This document shows, piece after piece, positions 12,304 through 25,935 of a DNA stretch of 54,936 nt; positions within the stretch are counted from its first letter, which is position 1; each line of letters begins with the position of its first letter. The stretch covers positions 8,131,623 to 8,186,558 of the forward strand of contig BFEA01000001.1 in assembly GCA_003427395.1 (NCBI GenBank), written 5' to 3'. Source of the stretch: Chara braunii. Its lineage: Eukaryota; Plantae; Charophyceae. The translations under genes and the position numbers were made by a program. The notes below the pieces were generated by a model. The model searched no databases and was not told the DNA's origin. It saw only the letters and a list, made by a program, of their open reading frames with translations.

Positions 12304-12547
12304 ACTCCGATTCCTGTTTTTTCTGCCCATTACGAACTCCCATGTGACATAAACATACTTCCCCCTTAAAAAAAATACAGTGGATTATGTACCCAAAAAT
12401 TCCCAAAATGATACAAGTCCAAAAGACCTCTGATGGTAATAAAGATGGCTAACCTGATTGAACCACTAGTACGCTTCCCGGCTATTGTTTCAGAGTTGCG
12501 GCTTGCATGCTGCGACAACTTTCAGTGCTCTGCCTCTGGAGTAAAAC

Positions 12548-12975
12548 GGGTGGTGGCACCAGGCAAAAGGAGGCCCACACCGGTTCGTTTTTTTTCTTTT
12601 GGCGGGCAGGGCATTTCCAGCCCCAGAGAAAAGTGCCTCGGAAGTACTTGTAGTTCGGGGATCGGAGGAGGGTTTTCTCTAACCCAGTCGTTGGCTATGG
12701 CGATTGTGTGTTGCAGATCGTCCCTCTCTTTCTCTCTTCTCTTCTTCTTTTTCCACCTCTTGTTGCCTGGATGGATTTCCAGGCAAACACCACCCCGATA
12801 CATCTCGCCCAATGTGCCTGCAGACATGGCCCGTCTTAGAAAAATCACAGGGAAACATACTATGGGTGGTTTAAACCATCAGTACTTCCCCGGCACTTTT
12901 CTCCGGGGCTGGAAACGTTCTACATGTCTGAAAAGAAACAGGCAAGTGCGGGCCTTCTCTTGGCTGGTGCCACCA
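12548..12975. repeat. Dispersed repeat family present as an inverted pair (further pieces at ~13055, ~14225, ~30240 and 33290-33375)
   Basis: gggcatttccagccccagagaaaagtgcctcggaagtact (~12610-12648) is inverted at ~12881-12920 and repeated directly at ~33330-33370. Confidence 0.65.
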
Positions 12976-14077
12976 GCCATTTTGTTCTGCCAGGCTGTGC
13001 CAGCCGTACCTCAAAAGTTGCGGCAGTGTGCAAGGCACAACTTTGAAAAATGACTGGGAAACGTACTGGCGGCTTAAGCCACAAGTATCATTCCCCGCTT
13101 GAAAACAAATATGCGGCTCGTTTACGGCCGCATTTCCTGGGGTTTCGGGGACGGGACCAAAATGGCTGGCGGTGCCACCTAAAAGCAGGCCAGGATAGTG
13201 TTTTTTTTTTTTTGTTTTGACGCGTGGGCTGGGTGGGATACTGGTGGTTTAAGCACTGCGGCTTGTTGTTGACTATTAGACATCATTCAGAGGCCCTCTG
13301 GCTGTCTTCTCTTCCCCTTTTTTTCTCCCTTCACTGATCCCCTCTTGATCTGATCACTGCAGCAGCTATGGCCGCTTACTCTCCCCATGTGCTCACTGCG
13401 CAGCAATCAGCCAATCAGCTCTCTTTCCTTCTCTCCTCTTACTTCCCGCTACCGTCTATGGATGCTACTGCTCCGCTTTCTGTGCGACCAATAGCGCCCG
13501 TGTTTCTCTCTCCGTCTCCTCTTTTAATGATTCCTCTTTCCAACTACCATGGCGACTATGGCTGCTGAGTAGTTCGACCCGACACCCATTTGGTCGGACA
13601 CTAGGGCTAGCGAACCTGGTTTCCGACTGTTGAGACCGGACTCTAGTTATTTATTTTCCTGGTTCGATGAGTATCCTACTATCCTGATATTCTTCGGGCA
13701 CCTAGTTCCCAGCTTGCATACTGGGGAGATACTTCTTGTATTTTCGGACATTGGGTCCCTCTGGTTTTGGTTTTGTGCAGCCATCCGGCCGGACACACTG
13801 TTTCCCAACGGTGTGCCCAAACAGGCTGGACGATACCTCGTCATTGTATTTCTTCAGTCTGACCGAGAGAACAGGCAGCCATTTGGTGAATGCACAGTTA
13901 GGTGCTTGTTGTCACAGTTGGCGTACATACTCTTTTCGTTCCATTGACATCAGTGTCGTTGTGTCCTTGGTAGAAATATGCTTGCTTATGGTTTCCCAAG
14001 GCTTCCGCTTGGGTGCACACCTTCTCTCTGTACCTTATCGTTGCTTGACAAAGATAATACATTAAACCACAAGGCCA

Positions 14078-14187
14078 GGATGCACCGGGATGCCGTTTCG
14101 CCGGAAATCCAGCCAGGCAAAACGGGTTGCATGCGTGACCCGGTTTGCCTGGCTGGATTTTGGGGGAAACGGTATCCCGGTGCATCC
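14078..14187. repeat. 110-bp near-perfect palindrome (hairpin MITE-like)
   Basis: ggatgcaccgggatgccgtttc...aatccagccaggcaaa pairs with tttgcctggctggatt...gaaacggtatcccggtgcatcc. Confidence 0.85.
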
Positions 14188-14702
14188 CGCCCGACGGACC
14201 AGCATGCACGGCGCATTTCTGCAAAATGGCTGGGAAATGTACTGGTAGTTCAAGCTACAAGCCCCCCCTGCCATTGCTGGTCAAAGTCGGTGGTGTAAAC
14301 CTGTCGGCTATCTCAGTAGGTTTCATGCTTGAGCGGCACCGCGTAGGTGCTGGGTTCTATTCCCTTTGCCGTCACTTTCAGTGGCCTGACAAGGATTGGT
14401 GGAGTTGCCATCACTTTCAGTGGCCTGACAAAGATTGGTGGCCAGCCAGTCAACACTGGTAAGTCGCTGGGGAGAGTTGCGCCGCCCTGTAACTCGTTGC
14501 AATGGGGGAGTATCTGGTCCAGTGGAAGTGGCTGCTCAGGTCCTGCTGCAGCTGGTCGGGACACACCCAATGCACATCCAATAAAAAGAGCTCTCAGGTT
14601 GAGTTCTCAGTCAGAATCATCATAGCTGACATTCATAATTATGATGCTTATCAGCGTTGAGCCCCTCAATTTCATGATATTTCCAAAGGCTTAAAAAAAA
14701 GC

Positions 14703-14803
14703 TTTTTTTTTTTTTAACCCGAGAGAATGCTAGGGGTGCTGGTAAGAGCAGACACCAGTAGCATTTCCCAGGGGGCTCCATCTATTGGTGGGGAGCAGCA
14801 CCT
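14703..14803 (-). mobile_element. Short LINE 3' tail copy with poly(A)
   Basis: Poly-T, then tgctaggggtgctggtaagagcagacaccagtagca, then gctccatctattggtggggagcagcacct. Confidence 0.8.
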
Positions 14804-14935
14804 CAACATGCCTGTCACAACATAAACTCAATAAGGGAGCTCAACAAGTCATGATCATGACATACAATCTACAATAATAACTTCCATAATAATCTCGAAT
14901 TACCCAGGACCGGTCACCTGTGGATGTATCTCTCT

Positions 14936-14968
<33 letters not shown>

Positions 14969-15739
14969 CCANCCCCNCCAGTGTTAGTGCTGCTGATAAG
15001 AGCAGACACCACTAACACTTGGGGAGGGACTCCATCTATTGGTGGGGAGCATCACCTGCTGGAAATCGGGCCCAGTGTCCCTTTTTACAAAAGAATGTCT
15101 GCACATGTCTGAGAAAAAATGAGAACAATGGCTGTGGGGCCTGCCAGCATTGATTGCCCTTCGACCCAGGGGATTGACCGAGCAGGCCAGTAAAATGTCC
15201 AATAGTGTAATCTATTGTGAGTTTGGAGGGATCACTGGCTGTTGGCCGGCCGGTAGAGTATCTTGTAGTCCATTTTGAGCTTGGAGATCCACCGTTGCCT
15301 TCGGTATCTCTTCACCCACAGCCGAAGGGCCCCAGATAAGTCGTTGAAAACTGATACCATTCAAGGGCTGCTGCTCACTCCAAACCCTGGTCGATGTTGC
15401 CAGCTGCTCTTTCTTCACTAAAAAGGCAGAAAAAATATAGGACGAGCGGGGTCCTCCCCAGGGGGCTCCAGGGAGGATTGTGAAGGAGACAGGTTATCAG
15501 TAACACATTTAGAGCAGGATTTTTGCCAAAGACAGGGCGTGGGGCGGGAAGGGATCTGGGAAATCCGAGGGAGGGCGTAATGGGAACGAGGGCTCTATGT
15601 TAGTCCAGTCTTTGAACACTAAGGGGTAATCTCTCATTCTTTCCAACTCTTGCAACCCTTCTCCCTGATCCCCACTCCATTCTACCTTTGTCCATCCTTC
15701 CCTTCCCCCCCCTTTTTTTTTATTTTTTTATTTTTTTTT

Positions 15740-16602
15740 AAGAAAAATTTGAGTTACTTAACAAGTTACTACGTCAGACTTCAGAAAAGTTCAGAAAACC
15801 AACTCAACCCCCCCAATCAATCCTCTTTACCACACTCCGGCAAGACTTACTGCAGCCGAGCCACCGTCTCTGCTACTGCTGTGCCCTATTTCCGTCCTAC
15901 GAGCTAGCCCCTTTGCTAGTAGGACGCTTGTTATCCAACCATCTACTTGTCCCCCTCACCTCTTTGAGAGGAAAAGCAAGACATGTGCACGTTTCAGGAA
16001 AAAACTCAGACACCCCCAGTCCATCCCCTATCCCCACTCCGGCAAGACTTACTACAGCAGAGCCACCATCTCCGCTGCTGTTGTACTATTCCCATCCTAC
16101 CAGCAAGCCCCCTCACTAGTAGGACGCATAATATCCATCGTCTCATCCACCCACTCACCCCAATCTCATGAAAATTTGAGATACCGGGGCCATTACCCGG
16201 CTTTGGCTAAGAAGGATTTGAGTTACTTAGCAGGTTACTACGTCAGACTTCAGAAAACTTCAGAAAACCGAGTCAAACCCCCCCATCAATCCTCTTTACC
16301 ACACTCCGGCAAGACTTACTGCAGCAGAGCCACCATCTCCGCTGCTGCTGTACCTTAATTCCGTCCTACGAGCTAGCCCCTTTACTAGTAGGACGCTTGT
16401 TATCCAACCATCTACTCGTCCCCCTCACCTCTTTGAAAGAAAAACAAGTCATGTGCTCACCCAAAAGACTCAGACCTCTCAATCCCTCCCCGGTACCTCA
16501 CTCCGGCAAGACTTACTGCAACAGAGCCACCATCTCCACTGCTGCTGTGCCCTATTTCCGTCCTACCAGCTAGCCCCCTTGCTAGTAAGACGCGTAATAT
16601 CC
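15740..16602. repeat. Two-level tandem repeat (~470-bp unit containing two ~100-bp cores)
   Basis: The core cactccggcaagacttact..gagccacc.tctc..cctac.agc.agcccc starts near 15833, 16034, 16302 and 16499. A related piece is at ~27860-27920. Confidence 0.85.
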
Positions 16603-17426
16603 TTTTTTTTTTTCTTTTTTTTTTTTTAAATCAAAACAACCCAGTAGAATGCTAGGGGTGCTGATAAAAGCAGACACCACTAGCAATCCCCGGGAGGCTC
16701 CATCTATGGGTGGGGAGCAACACCTGCTGGAAAACGGGTCCAGCGTCCCTGAACATTTGAGCTGTTATGGATTTGTGATAGAGGCAGTCAGCACTACACA
16801 GCACTCTGAGCTGCTTGCCTATCTGACAGCCTACCACTGGCGAACCTTTGACATTCCATACATTACGTCTTAACTTTATGTCACTATAGTTATTGGCTGC
16901 CTACATGGTGGCTCTCGGTGGGAGCTAGTATCCTCTGGACTCTTAACTGTTGTTTGAATTGCTGGAAGCTGATCCCATGAACCCATGGTGTACTGTTTGT
17001 TGACACTCATCCAACATATCGCTCGTTGTCTTCCAACATTGATGCTAGCCCCACTATCACGTTTTCTACCAGTGCATGTAGGCAATACAGACCTACCCGT
17101 TCCCCAACCCCCACCCTTGGAACTTGATATGTTGAATGAGTAGCCTTAGCTATCTACTGAGACGACAGCCCTGCAGATGTTTGCCTACTGAAACGACAGC
17201 CCTGCAGATGTTTGTAAGAGTGTCCTGGCTGCCAACAGAGGCAACGAAGTCCTGTGTTTTTGTACTTGTAGCGTGAGCCCTTGCAATTGTAACCAATCGG
17301 CCTTTGTGCTTTCTCATACGTGTATTGATATGGTCTTATTTTGTTCGATCTTCCCCTCTGATCAAGCATTCTGCGAACGAGCTTCCCTTGGCCGGCGGGG
17401 AGGGAGGAGAGAGGGGGGGGTTGGGC

Positions 17427-17462
17427 CTGTCTCTTATACACATCTAGATGTGTATAAGACAG
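17427..17462. other. Nextera mate-pair junction adapter (Tn5 mosaic ends), assembly artefact
   Basis: ctgtctcttatacacatct-agatgtgtataagacag between duplicated ~78-bp flanks. Confidence 0.95.
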
Positions 17463-17574
17463 ATCTTCCCCTCTGATCAAGCATTCTGCGAACGAGCTTC
17501 CCTTGGCCGGCGGGGAGGGAGGAGAGAGGGGGGGGTTGGNNNNNNNNNNNNNNNNNNNNNNNNNNNNNNNNNNN

Positions 17575-20500
17575 GGATAGGAGGAGGAGGAGGAGGGGGA
17601 GGTTAGCCGGATCTGGAATGGAATACCCAGGGTCTAGGAGGAGAACAAAGTTTGTTGGCCTGTGAACAACTTGAAAGTGTCGTCTCGGCAGTCTCTCCCA
17701 TTGGTTTTCAGTCGAGAACCAGGGGTGCCACTGGAGGATATTGTTGTCATCCAGGAAGCAAAGTCTTCTGTTTTTGTCAGTCCATGTTTCCATGAATTCC
17801 TGAATGTGGTGTTTTTTCTTTGGTGGGTCCAGTTCGGTTTGCAGCAAGGACCGTAGTTCTTTCCAAGCCCCTTTTGTCTTTGTCGTGATTGTGTCGATCA
17901 CTGAGGCTCTGGCTTGCATGAATCCAAATGTGCTTTGCTTCCTCTCGTGGGCACAACGCATTCTCCACACCGCCATCAGAACTGTGAGCCTGGTATATGT
18001 GAACAGGTTGATCATGAAGGGGGACCATTGGGCCACTTGTGGCAGGGGTTCTCCGAGCAAGAGGGTCGCCACATTCCATGGGAGATGTGTCCCTGTGAAA
18101 TAGTGCCAAGCTGCATCCCACCAACTCCAAAGTTGAACCACCATTGAGCAGTCTAGTAAGCAGTGTTCCAGGGTGGTTGTTTTCTTTGGGAAAGCTTGTG
18201 TGCAGTATGAGCACAAGGGGGACAGTTCTCCCTTCTCTTCTAGATCCATCCTTGCTGTTATCCAATCTGGTGTGGGCAGACATCTGTGAATGATTTGCCA
18301 CTGCAGGGCTCTATGGTTGGTTGGATTAATATGTGAGTAGGCCGAGCATCGGAAGTTCTGGAAATCCTGTTTTTCCAGGGGGCAGTCTCTTTCCCATCGT
18401 TTGATGATGTTATCCATGACTGGTCGGTGTTTGCGTGCCGCTCTATATCCTTTCTTTATTGTGTATTGCCATGGGGACATTGCACACGAATCTCCCCATG
18501 TCCATACCCACTCATTAGGGTCGAAAGGTAGCAGGTGGAGAGGGATGGTAGGTTCGTATAAGAACAGAACTTCCCTCATGTCCCCTACCACCCTGACTCT
18601 GGCGAGAGAGGATATAGGCCATTGTGTATCCTAGTCCTCTTGTCTATTCAGGGGGGACCATCTTTCTCCCGGTAGGGCAGGATTATATGCCTCTAGACTG
18701 ACTGCTTTGTCCCCGAGTCGAGTGTGTTGTACTCTGTAGACAGTCATGGGGATGTGTATAGAGTCGAGCTGGATGACCCAATCATCAATTTTGAGTTTCG
18801 GACCCTTTTTCAGGGCCAGCAGCCATTGTAGGGGTATGGCTTCCTGCAACTCAGCCAAGTCCTGGTCCATGTTTCTAATCGGGCCTGTTTTTGTTTGCAA
18901 TATTTCTCTCGTTGTCCATCCCTTGGTCATGTTGTCCCATAGGTCCCCAACTTTATAGATCTCTTTTCTAACCCAATGTTTCCACTTGGATCTTTGTTGG
19001 AGAGAGAAGGGGGAGCCTGATGAGTCGTTTATTTGGGGGTGACCAAACAGCGGCCGACGCCATATCTCCTCCCATCTATCTGGCGTGGGTATCTGTTGCG
19101 GTCCCCTTTCCCTCCAGAGTTTGAGCATTGTTTGTCATAGCGGGTCTATCCGGAGGTCTTGTCTGGCTCTGCCCGCTGGCGAATCGTGTGTGACCACAGT
19201 CGGCGTTGAAGGGATAGTCCAATGGTTATTTGTCAACCATTGGAGCGGGTGAACTGCATGGTCGGGGTGGGAGGGGGGTGCCAAGCAACCCAACTGTATC
19301 AACGCGAAGGGGGCCCATGGGATGTTGTTGCCTAGAAGAAGGCGAATGAGGAATTTGAAGATCAAAGTTTTTATCTCTTCTTCTGGGTCGATAATACCCA
19401 GCCCCCCTTTGGATCTGGGTTGGACCAAGATATCCCAGGCGACTCTTTTTATGGCCCGGGTGTCTTCGTGATTGTTTTTCTAAAGATAGGCAGTTGTCAA
19501 TTGCTTTAGTTTAGACAATTGTTTTCGGTTGAGTGGCCAAAAGGCGACTTTGTACCATAAAGATGCAAAGATGGCATTGTTGATGGCCAACACTCTGCCC
19601 ACTAATGAGGTGGGCTTGGCATCCCAATTAGCCAAGCTTCGAAGTGGCTAGTTTCAGCAGCGCATCCCCATGGTCGGGCGGCGAGCCCAATGCTGTGATG
19701 TTTATTCCTAGCACCCGGATCGCAGTTTCTTTGGACTTCCAGGCCACCGGGGGGTCAGAGGGCGGGGGGCCCGCTTGTGGGTCTAGCCACCATCACTCTG
19801 TCTTTGTCCCCCAATTGACTTTCATATCTGCTGCAATTTCGAACGTGTGTATGGTCTGTGCCAGGGCCTTGAAGCTCGCATGGTTAGCTCTGAAGAGCAC
19901 TGTCAGGTCGTCGGCAAACAGGGATGTAACAGGTATGAGGTGATAGGGTATTTCAGGCACCTGTATTCTTTGGATGTCAGGGTTTGATCTGATCATCGCT
20001 GCTAGTGCTTCCCTAACCAACACAAAGAGCATCGGGGCGATCGGGTCCCCTTGTCTCACAGACCTCTGGAGGTGGAACGGTGGTGCTAGGTGGCCGTCAA
20101 GGGAGACATTGCTTGAGGCTTTCATGTGAAAGATGCTGATCCATTTACAAAACAATGGGCCAAAGTTCATCTTTGTCAGGCATATGTCAAGGAAGTCCCA
20201 ATCCACATGGTCATAGGCCTTTTCAAAGTCTATAAAGAGTATGGCTGCATCCACCCCCCTCTGCCTCGCGTACCTTATAGTCTCATTGACCAACAAGATA
20301 TTGTCCTGGATGTTCCGGTAGGGCATGAAGCCTGACTGGTCCGGGTGTATGAGATGAGGGAGCAGGGGCAGCAATCTGTTGGCCCATGCCTTAGCCATAG
20401 TTTTGTAGGGCACTGGCAGAAGGGTGATTGGGCGATAATTACAAACTTCTGATTTGTCGCCTTTTTTGTAGAGTAAAGTGGTCACTCCTTGGCTTATCAT

Positions 20501-22326
20501 ATCCCCAAACGTTTCCTCGTGGAAAACTGCATTAACGTAGAGCATAAAGTCTTCTTCGAGGGTTTCCCAGAAGTGGAGCCAGAATTCTTTTGGAAACGCG
20601 TCGATACCGGGTGTCTTTTCGTCATCCATNTCTTGCAANGCTTGGAGTGCTTCGTNACGAGAGANAGGCACCTCCAAGCTACTCCTTTGGGGCGTGGAGA
20701 GCAGCGAGGGNANGGATGTTAGTAATGTGTTTCTTGCCTGCGTGAGGGTNTGTGGTTGTGTTTNGGTTGTTTGTGAAGTAAACAGATTGTTATAGTAGAG
20801 AGCGGCGTATTCCACAATTTTGTACGCATTTGTGGCCGGTGGTTGGTTTGCATCAAAGGGATGGTTAAGTGATGGGACCATGCTCTGTCTACTATTAGCT
20901 TTGGCTTTGTTAAAGAAGGACTTGGTCATCCTTCCATTTGTGGCATCCTTCTTAATCCTTACTTGAATCTGCCATTTTTGCGCCTGCTCATCGAGATGGT
21001 CTTGCAGGTGGGACCTTGCCCTTTGTAATGAATTGAAAGTGTCGGGATCCAGCGGGTTATCTGTGAGGCATGCGTCCCATTCCTCTAGCTGCTGCATCAG
21101 GCGGTCAAGGACCGCTTTGCGCTCTCTGGCCCTTTGAATGGAGAACTTTTTTACCCTTTGTCTCAACTCTGCCACCCCCACATTGAACCATTGGACTATG
21201 GAGTCACACCCTGATTTCTGTGTTGTCCAATAGGCCCAATAGTCTTTGACCAGACTGTCAAGATCGCGGAGTTTAAGCAGGGACGAGTTGAATTTGTAGT
21301 AGCCCGGACCTCTTGCAATATGGGAGTGGAATGATAAAGTCATCGCGATCATACGGTGGTCAAAGGATTTACAAGGGGAGAATGGGAGTACCTCCTCTGC
21401 TGTCAGCAAGCCTGTCAGGTCTTTAGAGAGGAGTATGAGGTCGATTCTCGAATTGGAGATGTCAGCTGCCCCTCTAGACCTGACGCATGTGTACACTCTT
21501 TGGTGGGCTGCAGTTGCCTGAATGTGTCAAGAAGACCGATATCCTCCATCAGGTTATTAAGCATAACACTGTCTGGCCCTCTTTCCCTTTGGGGCCTAGG
21601 GGCTGTTGCTTGTTGGGAGGGGGATCTTCTATCCATGTCTGGGTCTAGTGTGGTGTTGAAGTCCCCACATATGATAATGGGGGCGTCTCTTGGAAGGGAC
21701 TGTTGCAGGGAAAGAAAAAAATGGACACGTTGCACAGTGTCATTCGGTGCATAGATGCAGACAATGTAGACTGTTTCCATGGTCGTGGTGGCCTTAAGCC
21801 AGACCCATCTCCCATCCACTTTGTCCCACTCCGTTTGTAGCTGGACTGATCTTGAGGACAGCGGGAGCCAGATGGCAACCCCCGTGGAGCCAGCGGAGCG
21901 TCCCGGGGCAGCGAATTTTGTATACGGCCATACTTGCGCCGCTCTGGCTTGGTGTGTGGGGGAGTCTGTGAGGTGGGTCTCTTGAATCCCAATAGCATCA
22001 GGCCATTTCCCCGCCATGTCTTGTGTGAGCATCTTTCATAAAGCTGCCTTTTTCTGTTCATTTGGTTGTGTCAGGCCGTTAACATTGATTGATCTTATGT
22101 CCAAATCTGCTTCGGCCAACTTTTTTGCCCAGGGGGGTCGTTTCCTTACTGGCGGTGGGGGGCGAGGTGGGCTGGGGCAGCGATGCCGGGCCAGAGCCTC
22201 GCCTTGTCCCGGGGGTGACCCCTGGGACGCTGGCTGTTGGGTTGCTTCGTGACGTTGTCCCAAAAGCAGTGGCAGCCCATTTTCTGGCTGCTGCGAATTT
22301 AATTCACTTTGTTGGCCCGGTTCCAT
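17575..22326 (-). pseudogene. Family B ORF2 (EN, RT, zinc finger), disrupted
   Basis: Fragments 22036-22326, 21415-22032, 19793-21496, 19135-19428, 18631-19128 and 17434-18591 are colinear. Confidence 0.93.
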
Positions 22327-22358
22327 AGATCAATTCCGGTTGTTGACATTTGTGAAAC

Positions 22359-25300
22359 TTAGTAGCTGTCTTTTGTGATTGCCCCAGCAGCAAGGCTGCT
22401 GATGAACGGCGGGTCATCCCATTGCCTGTGTTCATCCAACGCCGCGTCGTCTAGCATGCGGAGGAGAAATATGATCTGTTGGTCAGCACCCCAAATATTG
22501 TTGGTTCTTAATCTGGATGTGGGGGTGTCCAGCAACTGTTGTTGTGTAAACCATTGGATTTGGTTTGAGGTTTGACTGTCTTCATTGTCTGTGGCAAACA
22601 GAACTAGAACAGGGGTGGCACCTTTGGGGAAGGGGAGGTCACGGGGAAAAACTGTGTCGATGACCCCCTGGTCCCCGTTAAGGTTGAAGTGGTTCCTAAG
22701 CATGTGCCTAGTCATCACCTGGGAAGTGGAACCCCTCCGTCCCTGGATCGTGAGGCCCTGCTGCATGTCTTGCGATGTTTTGATTGCCCTACTGACTAAG
22801 TTCGGAATCCTAGGGGAGTTGTTTCTGAGCCCGATTTGCCATTCCCCATCCAGGCAGGTTCGTCTTATCGGGAGGATGACCATCCCAGGCTTCACTGACT
22901 CACCGACATTGGATCTCACATTCTCCATCATGGCATGTGCAAAAGTAGCTCGTTTTCCTTGAGGGCGTTCAGATAGCATATTGCCAGGGTCTTTCCGGGC
23001 GTCCAGTGCCAGTGTATGGTCCCCTGTTTTTTGCAGTTGTGATCCTCCCAAGGTCAGTCGGGTCTGCCGTGTCCCGCCCGTTTGCTCCTATGTTTGGTTT
23101 GGGGATTTTAACAGGCTCATGTTTGTGCCTTTTCTGTTGCCCACAGACTGTTGTGGGAAGCCAGGCCGGACGTTTTCGTGACCGCCTGTGTCTAGGCCTT
23201 GGGACAGGAGGAGGTCCACACTCTCCGTGGTTGGCAGCAAGGAGTCCCATTCGAAATCTGATTCTGAATCAGAAGTGCCGATTGAATCTCCTTGCCGATC
23301 ACGGACAGTATCGGGACCGTCGGGGGTCTGCAGTGCCATATGGGGGGAGCAGGGAACAATCTGCAGGTGCAACAAAGGGAGAAGCAAATGTGATGGCACC
23401 AGATTATCCGCTGTGTCCGCATCCGCCTTCACGAGTGCACCCTCTTCTTGGATGTGGCAAATTGCAGTCTCCAGTTCTTGGATTATGACCTTCGGCCATT
23501 CATGTTCTGCATGAGTGGTGACAGCCGGAGGATGGCCTGCTGACACAAGAGCTGATCCGGTCGTGTGATTGGCCTGAGTGGGGTAGAGGCGTTGTATCTT
23601 GTGAAGGAGGGAAAGAACTGCCTCGATCACGAGGGTGGCCACAACCTTCCAGTCTATGGAGGCGGGATCAGTAGCACTGTCCAGGTAGCGGATGACCGTG
23701 TTTGAGGTCATGAATGCTCTTCTTATGTTCTCCCAGTGCAGAGGGGGGATATGAGTAGATTCCCCTTGTGTGGTTGACCTGAGAAGACCCATGAGGACGG
23801 CATCTGTAACCGCTTTCAGTCTGGCTCTGACCCATCTGTTCTTTGACGACTTATGTGGTTGTCGTGCATCGGAATGGGCAGGTTCCTTCATTTCACTCAT
23901 TTCACCTGGCAGACCATATTCTCGTGCACTGTTGTCAGACTGACCGGACAGACTATATTCTCGTGCGCTGTTGTCTGACTGCACAGCTGTCTAAGTTACA
24001 TCCTCAGTATTTGTCATGTCGATTTCGATGCCCGGATCCGGAGGGGCCGCCTCACAGCTGTTGTGGTTTTCCCCTGCTACCCCAGCCAGGGAGGGCTCAT
24101 CCGTCAGTTGTCCCAAAAAAGGAGTTATTGGTGCTTGCTGTTGATAGATGAAGCCCTGTGGCTGTTGCATCTCTGCCCTGTGGCTGTGTGTAGTCGCTGC
24201 CTGCTCTTGCATCAAGTGGTTGTTTTGAGCCTGTGGAGACACAACCATCATCGGGGTCATGGCATCACAACGAATTTGTTGTGTCGTCCATTGCTGTCCA
24301 ACCTGGGTTTGCAATACTGTCATTGGCCCGTTCGTGGCCTGGGAGGGAACAACCAGCTGTGGAGTTACGTGGTCTGGAGGGTGAGGAGGGTCTGGGACCC
24401 CCGAAGGGGGGGGGGGCAGATTGATCCATCGGGAGTTGGCCAGTGTCGTCTCCCGTCACCTTCTCCACTCCTTTCATTTCCGTAGTGGGGTTATCGCTTG
24501 GGGACCTTGAGGATTCCCCCTGCTGTGTCGAGCATTCCCCCTGCTGTGTAGAGTGGTGCAAGGCGGGAGGTCCGTTGGGACTGGGGGTCAGCGTTTCCGC
24601 TACTCATGGTTTTGTTTGAATTCCTGGGGCCAACATTTGTGTAACCTTTTCTTTCCATTGGGTGAGGACCGTGATTCTAGAGTCCGCCTTTTCCCAATTC
24701 TTGGTCGTCCGGGCCCCATGTTGTTGCACCTGGTGTGTTCCCTGGTCCTGGTCCTGTTGGCCCTGTGTATGCTGCAGGGTAAGGGCCGGGTTGTGAGGGT
24801 TGTCATCTCCCAATATTGTCCCTTGTAGGGGAGGGACAGGCGTGATGTTCTGGTCGGGTGCCTGGGTCTGCTGGTCGTCTGCAGCGGCTGGGTGAGTCGG
24901 CGGCGGAACCGGGGCATCGGCACCAAGGACCGCAGTAGCAGTGGGTGCAGCTGCAGATGCGATCACCTTGGTGTTTCTGGTGTTTGTGGTCCCCCTGGGT
25001 GCTCTCTGCCTTTGGTGTAGAGTGGTGATATTGGTCGGGGATCTGGGAGGGTGCCCCTGTCCTTCCCATTTCCAGCTCCCGGGTTGTTTAATTGAAGTTC
25101 GGTAGAACACCCAGCCTTCAAAGGACGGATCTTCCGGGATCCAGTGCCCCAGTCCTTCTGGGTGAGGTGTGACCAGGCCTTTCATTGTCTTGCCCTGCAT
25201 GCTAGGGCAGAGGAGGTCAGTAGAGAGATGGCCTCTGCCTCTGCACGCATAGCACCAGGGGTCTTGAGGGTGATTCACCTGCACTGCAAAAGTCTTACCC

Positions 25301-25935
25301 TCTTGTGAGAAGGACCACTGACCCCTGACTGGAAATCCAACTGTGGGGTCCCAGTCCACCGCTACCAGAAGCGTGTCGTCCCTTTTAGGGAGGAACTGGG
25401 GTGCATCGTTGATGTAGCCGAGAACCGGGCCTATTTGGTGCAGGTCCGCCAAAATTGCACCTTGCACTCTCAGCGGGGCGAAACGGAATTCCACCCAGAA
25501 GTGGTTCATCATTAGCTGCTCTCTTTTGTGATCGGCTGTGAATGGCGTGGGCGGTTCCCACTGCCTGATTGCCACGGTGTGGCCTTTGTACCGAGGGAGC
25601 CGCATCTTGAGGAGATTTGCTCTGTCGAGCGGGTAGATTGTGGTTACGGTCACCGTTCCCGGGGCAGCTGTTTCAATCAGAAAGTGCTCCATGACTGCCT
25701 GGTCATCAATTTTCACAGATCTCAATCTCCCGTTTACCCATCTGAGTTTTTCGTTTATTGGGACGGTCTCCATGGACTGAGGGAACACGAATTGCACCGC
25801 ATTCTGTGCATATATCATGTTACGATTTGCCACAACTTGTGTCGGAAAGATGGCGTGCGGGTAAATAAAACCGTCCTTTTCAATGTGTTTTTTGATTGGT
25901 CGGATGTGCAGTTTTTGAATAAAGTGGGCCTTCAT
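22359..25935 (-). pseudogene. Family B ORF1 (RRM/DUF4283-like region, zinc knuckle, linkers, helical domain, C-terminal domain), disrupted
   Basis: IRQWEP..FWVEFRFAPL..IGPVLG resembles plant L1 ORF1. Zinc knuckle CYACRGRGHLSTDLLC. Downstream fragments at 23088-23984 and 22359-23051. Confidence 0.8.
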
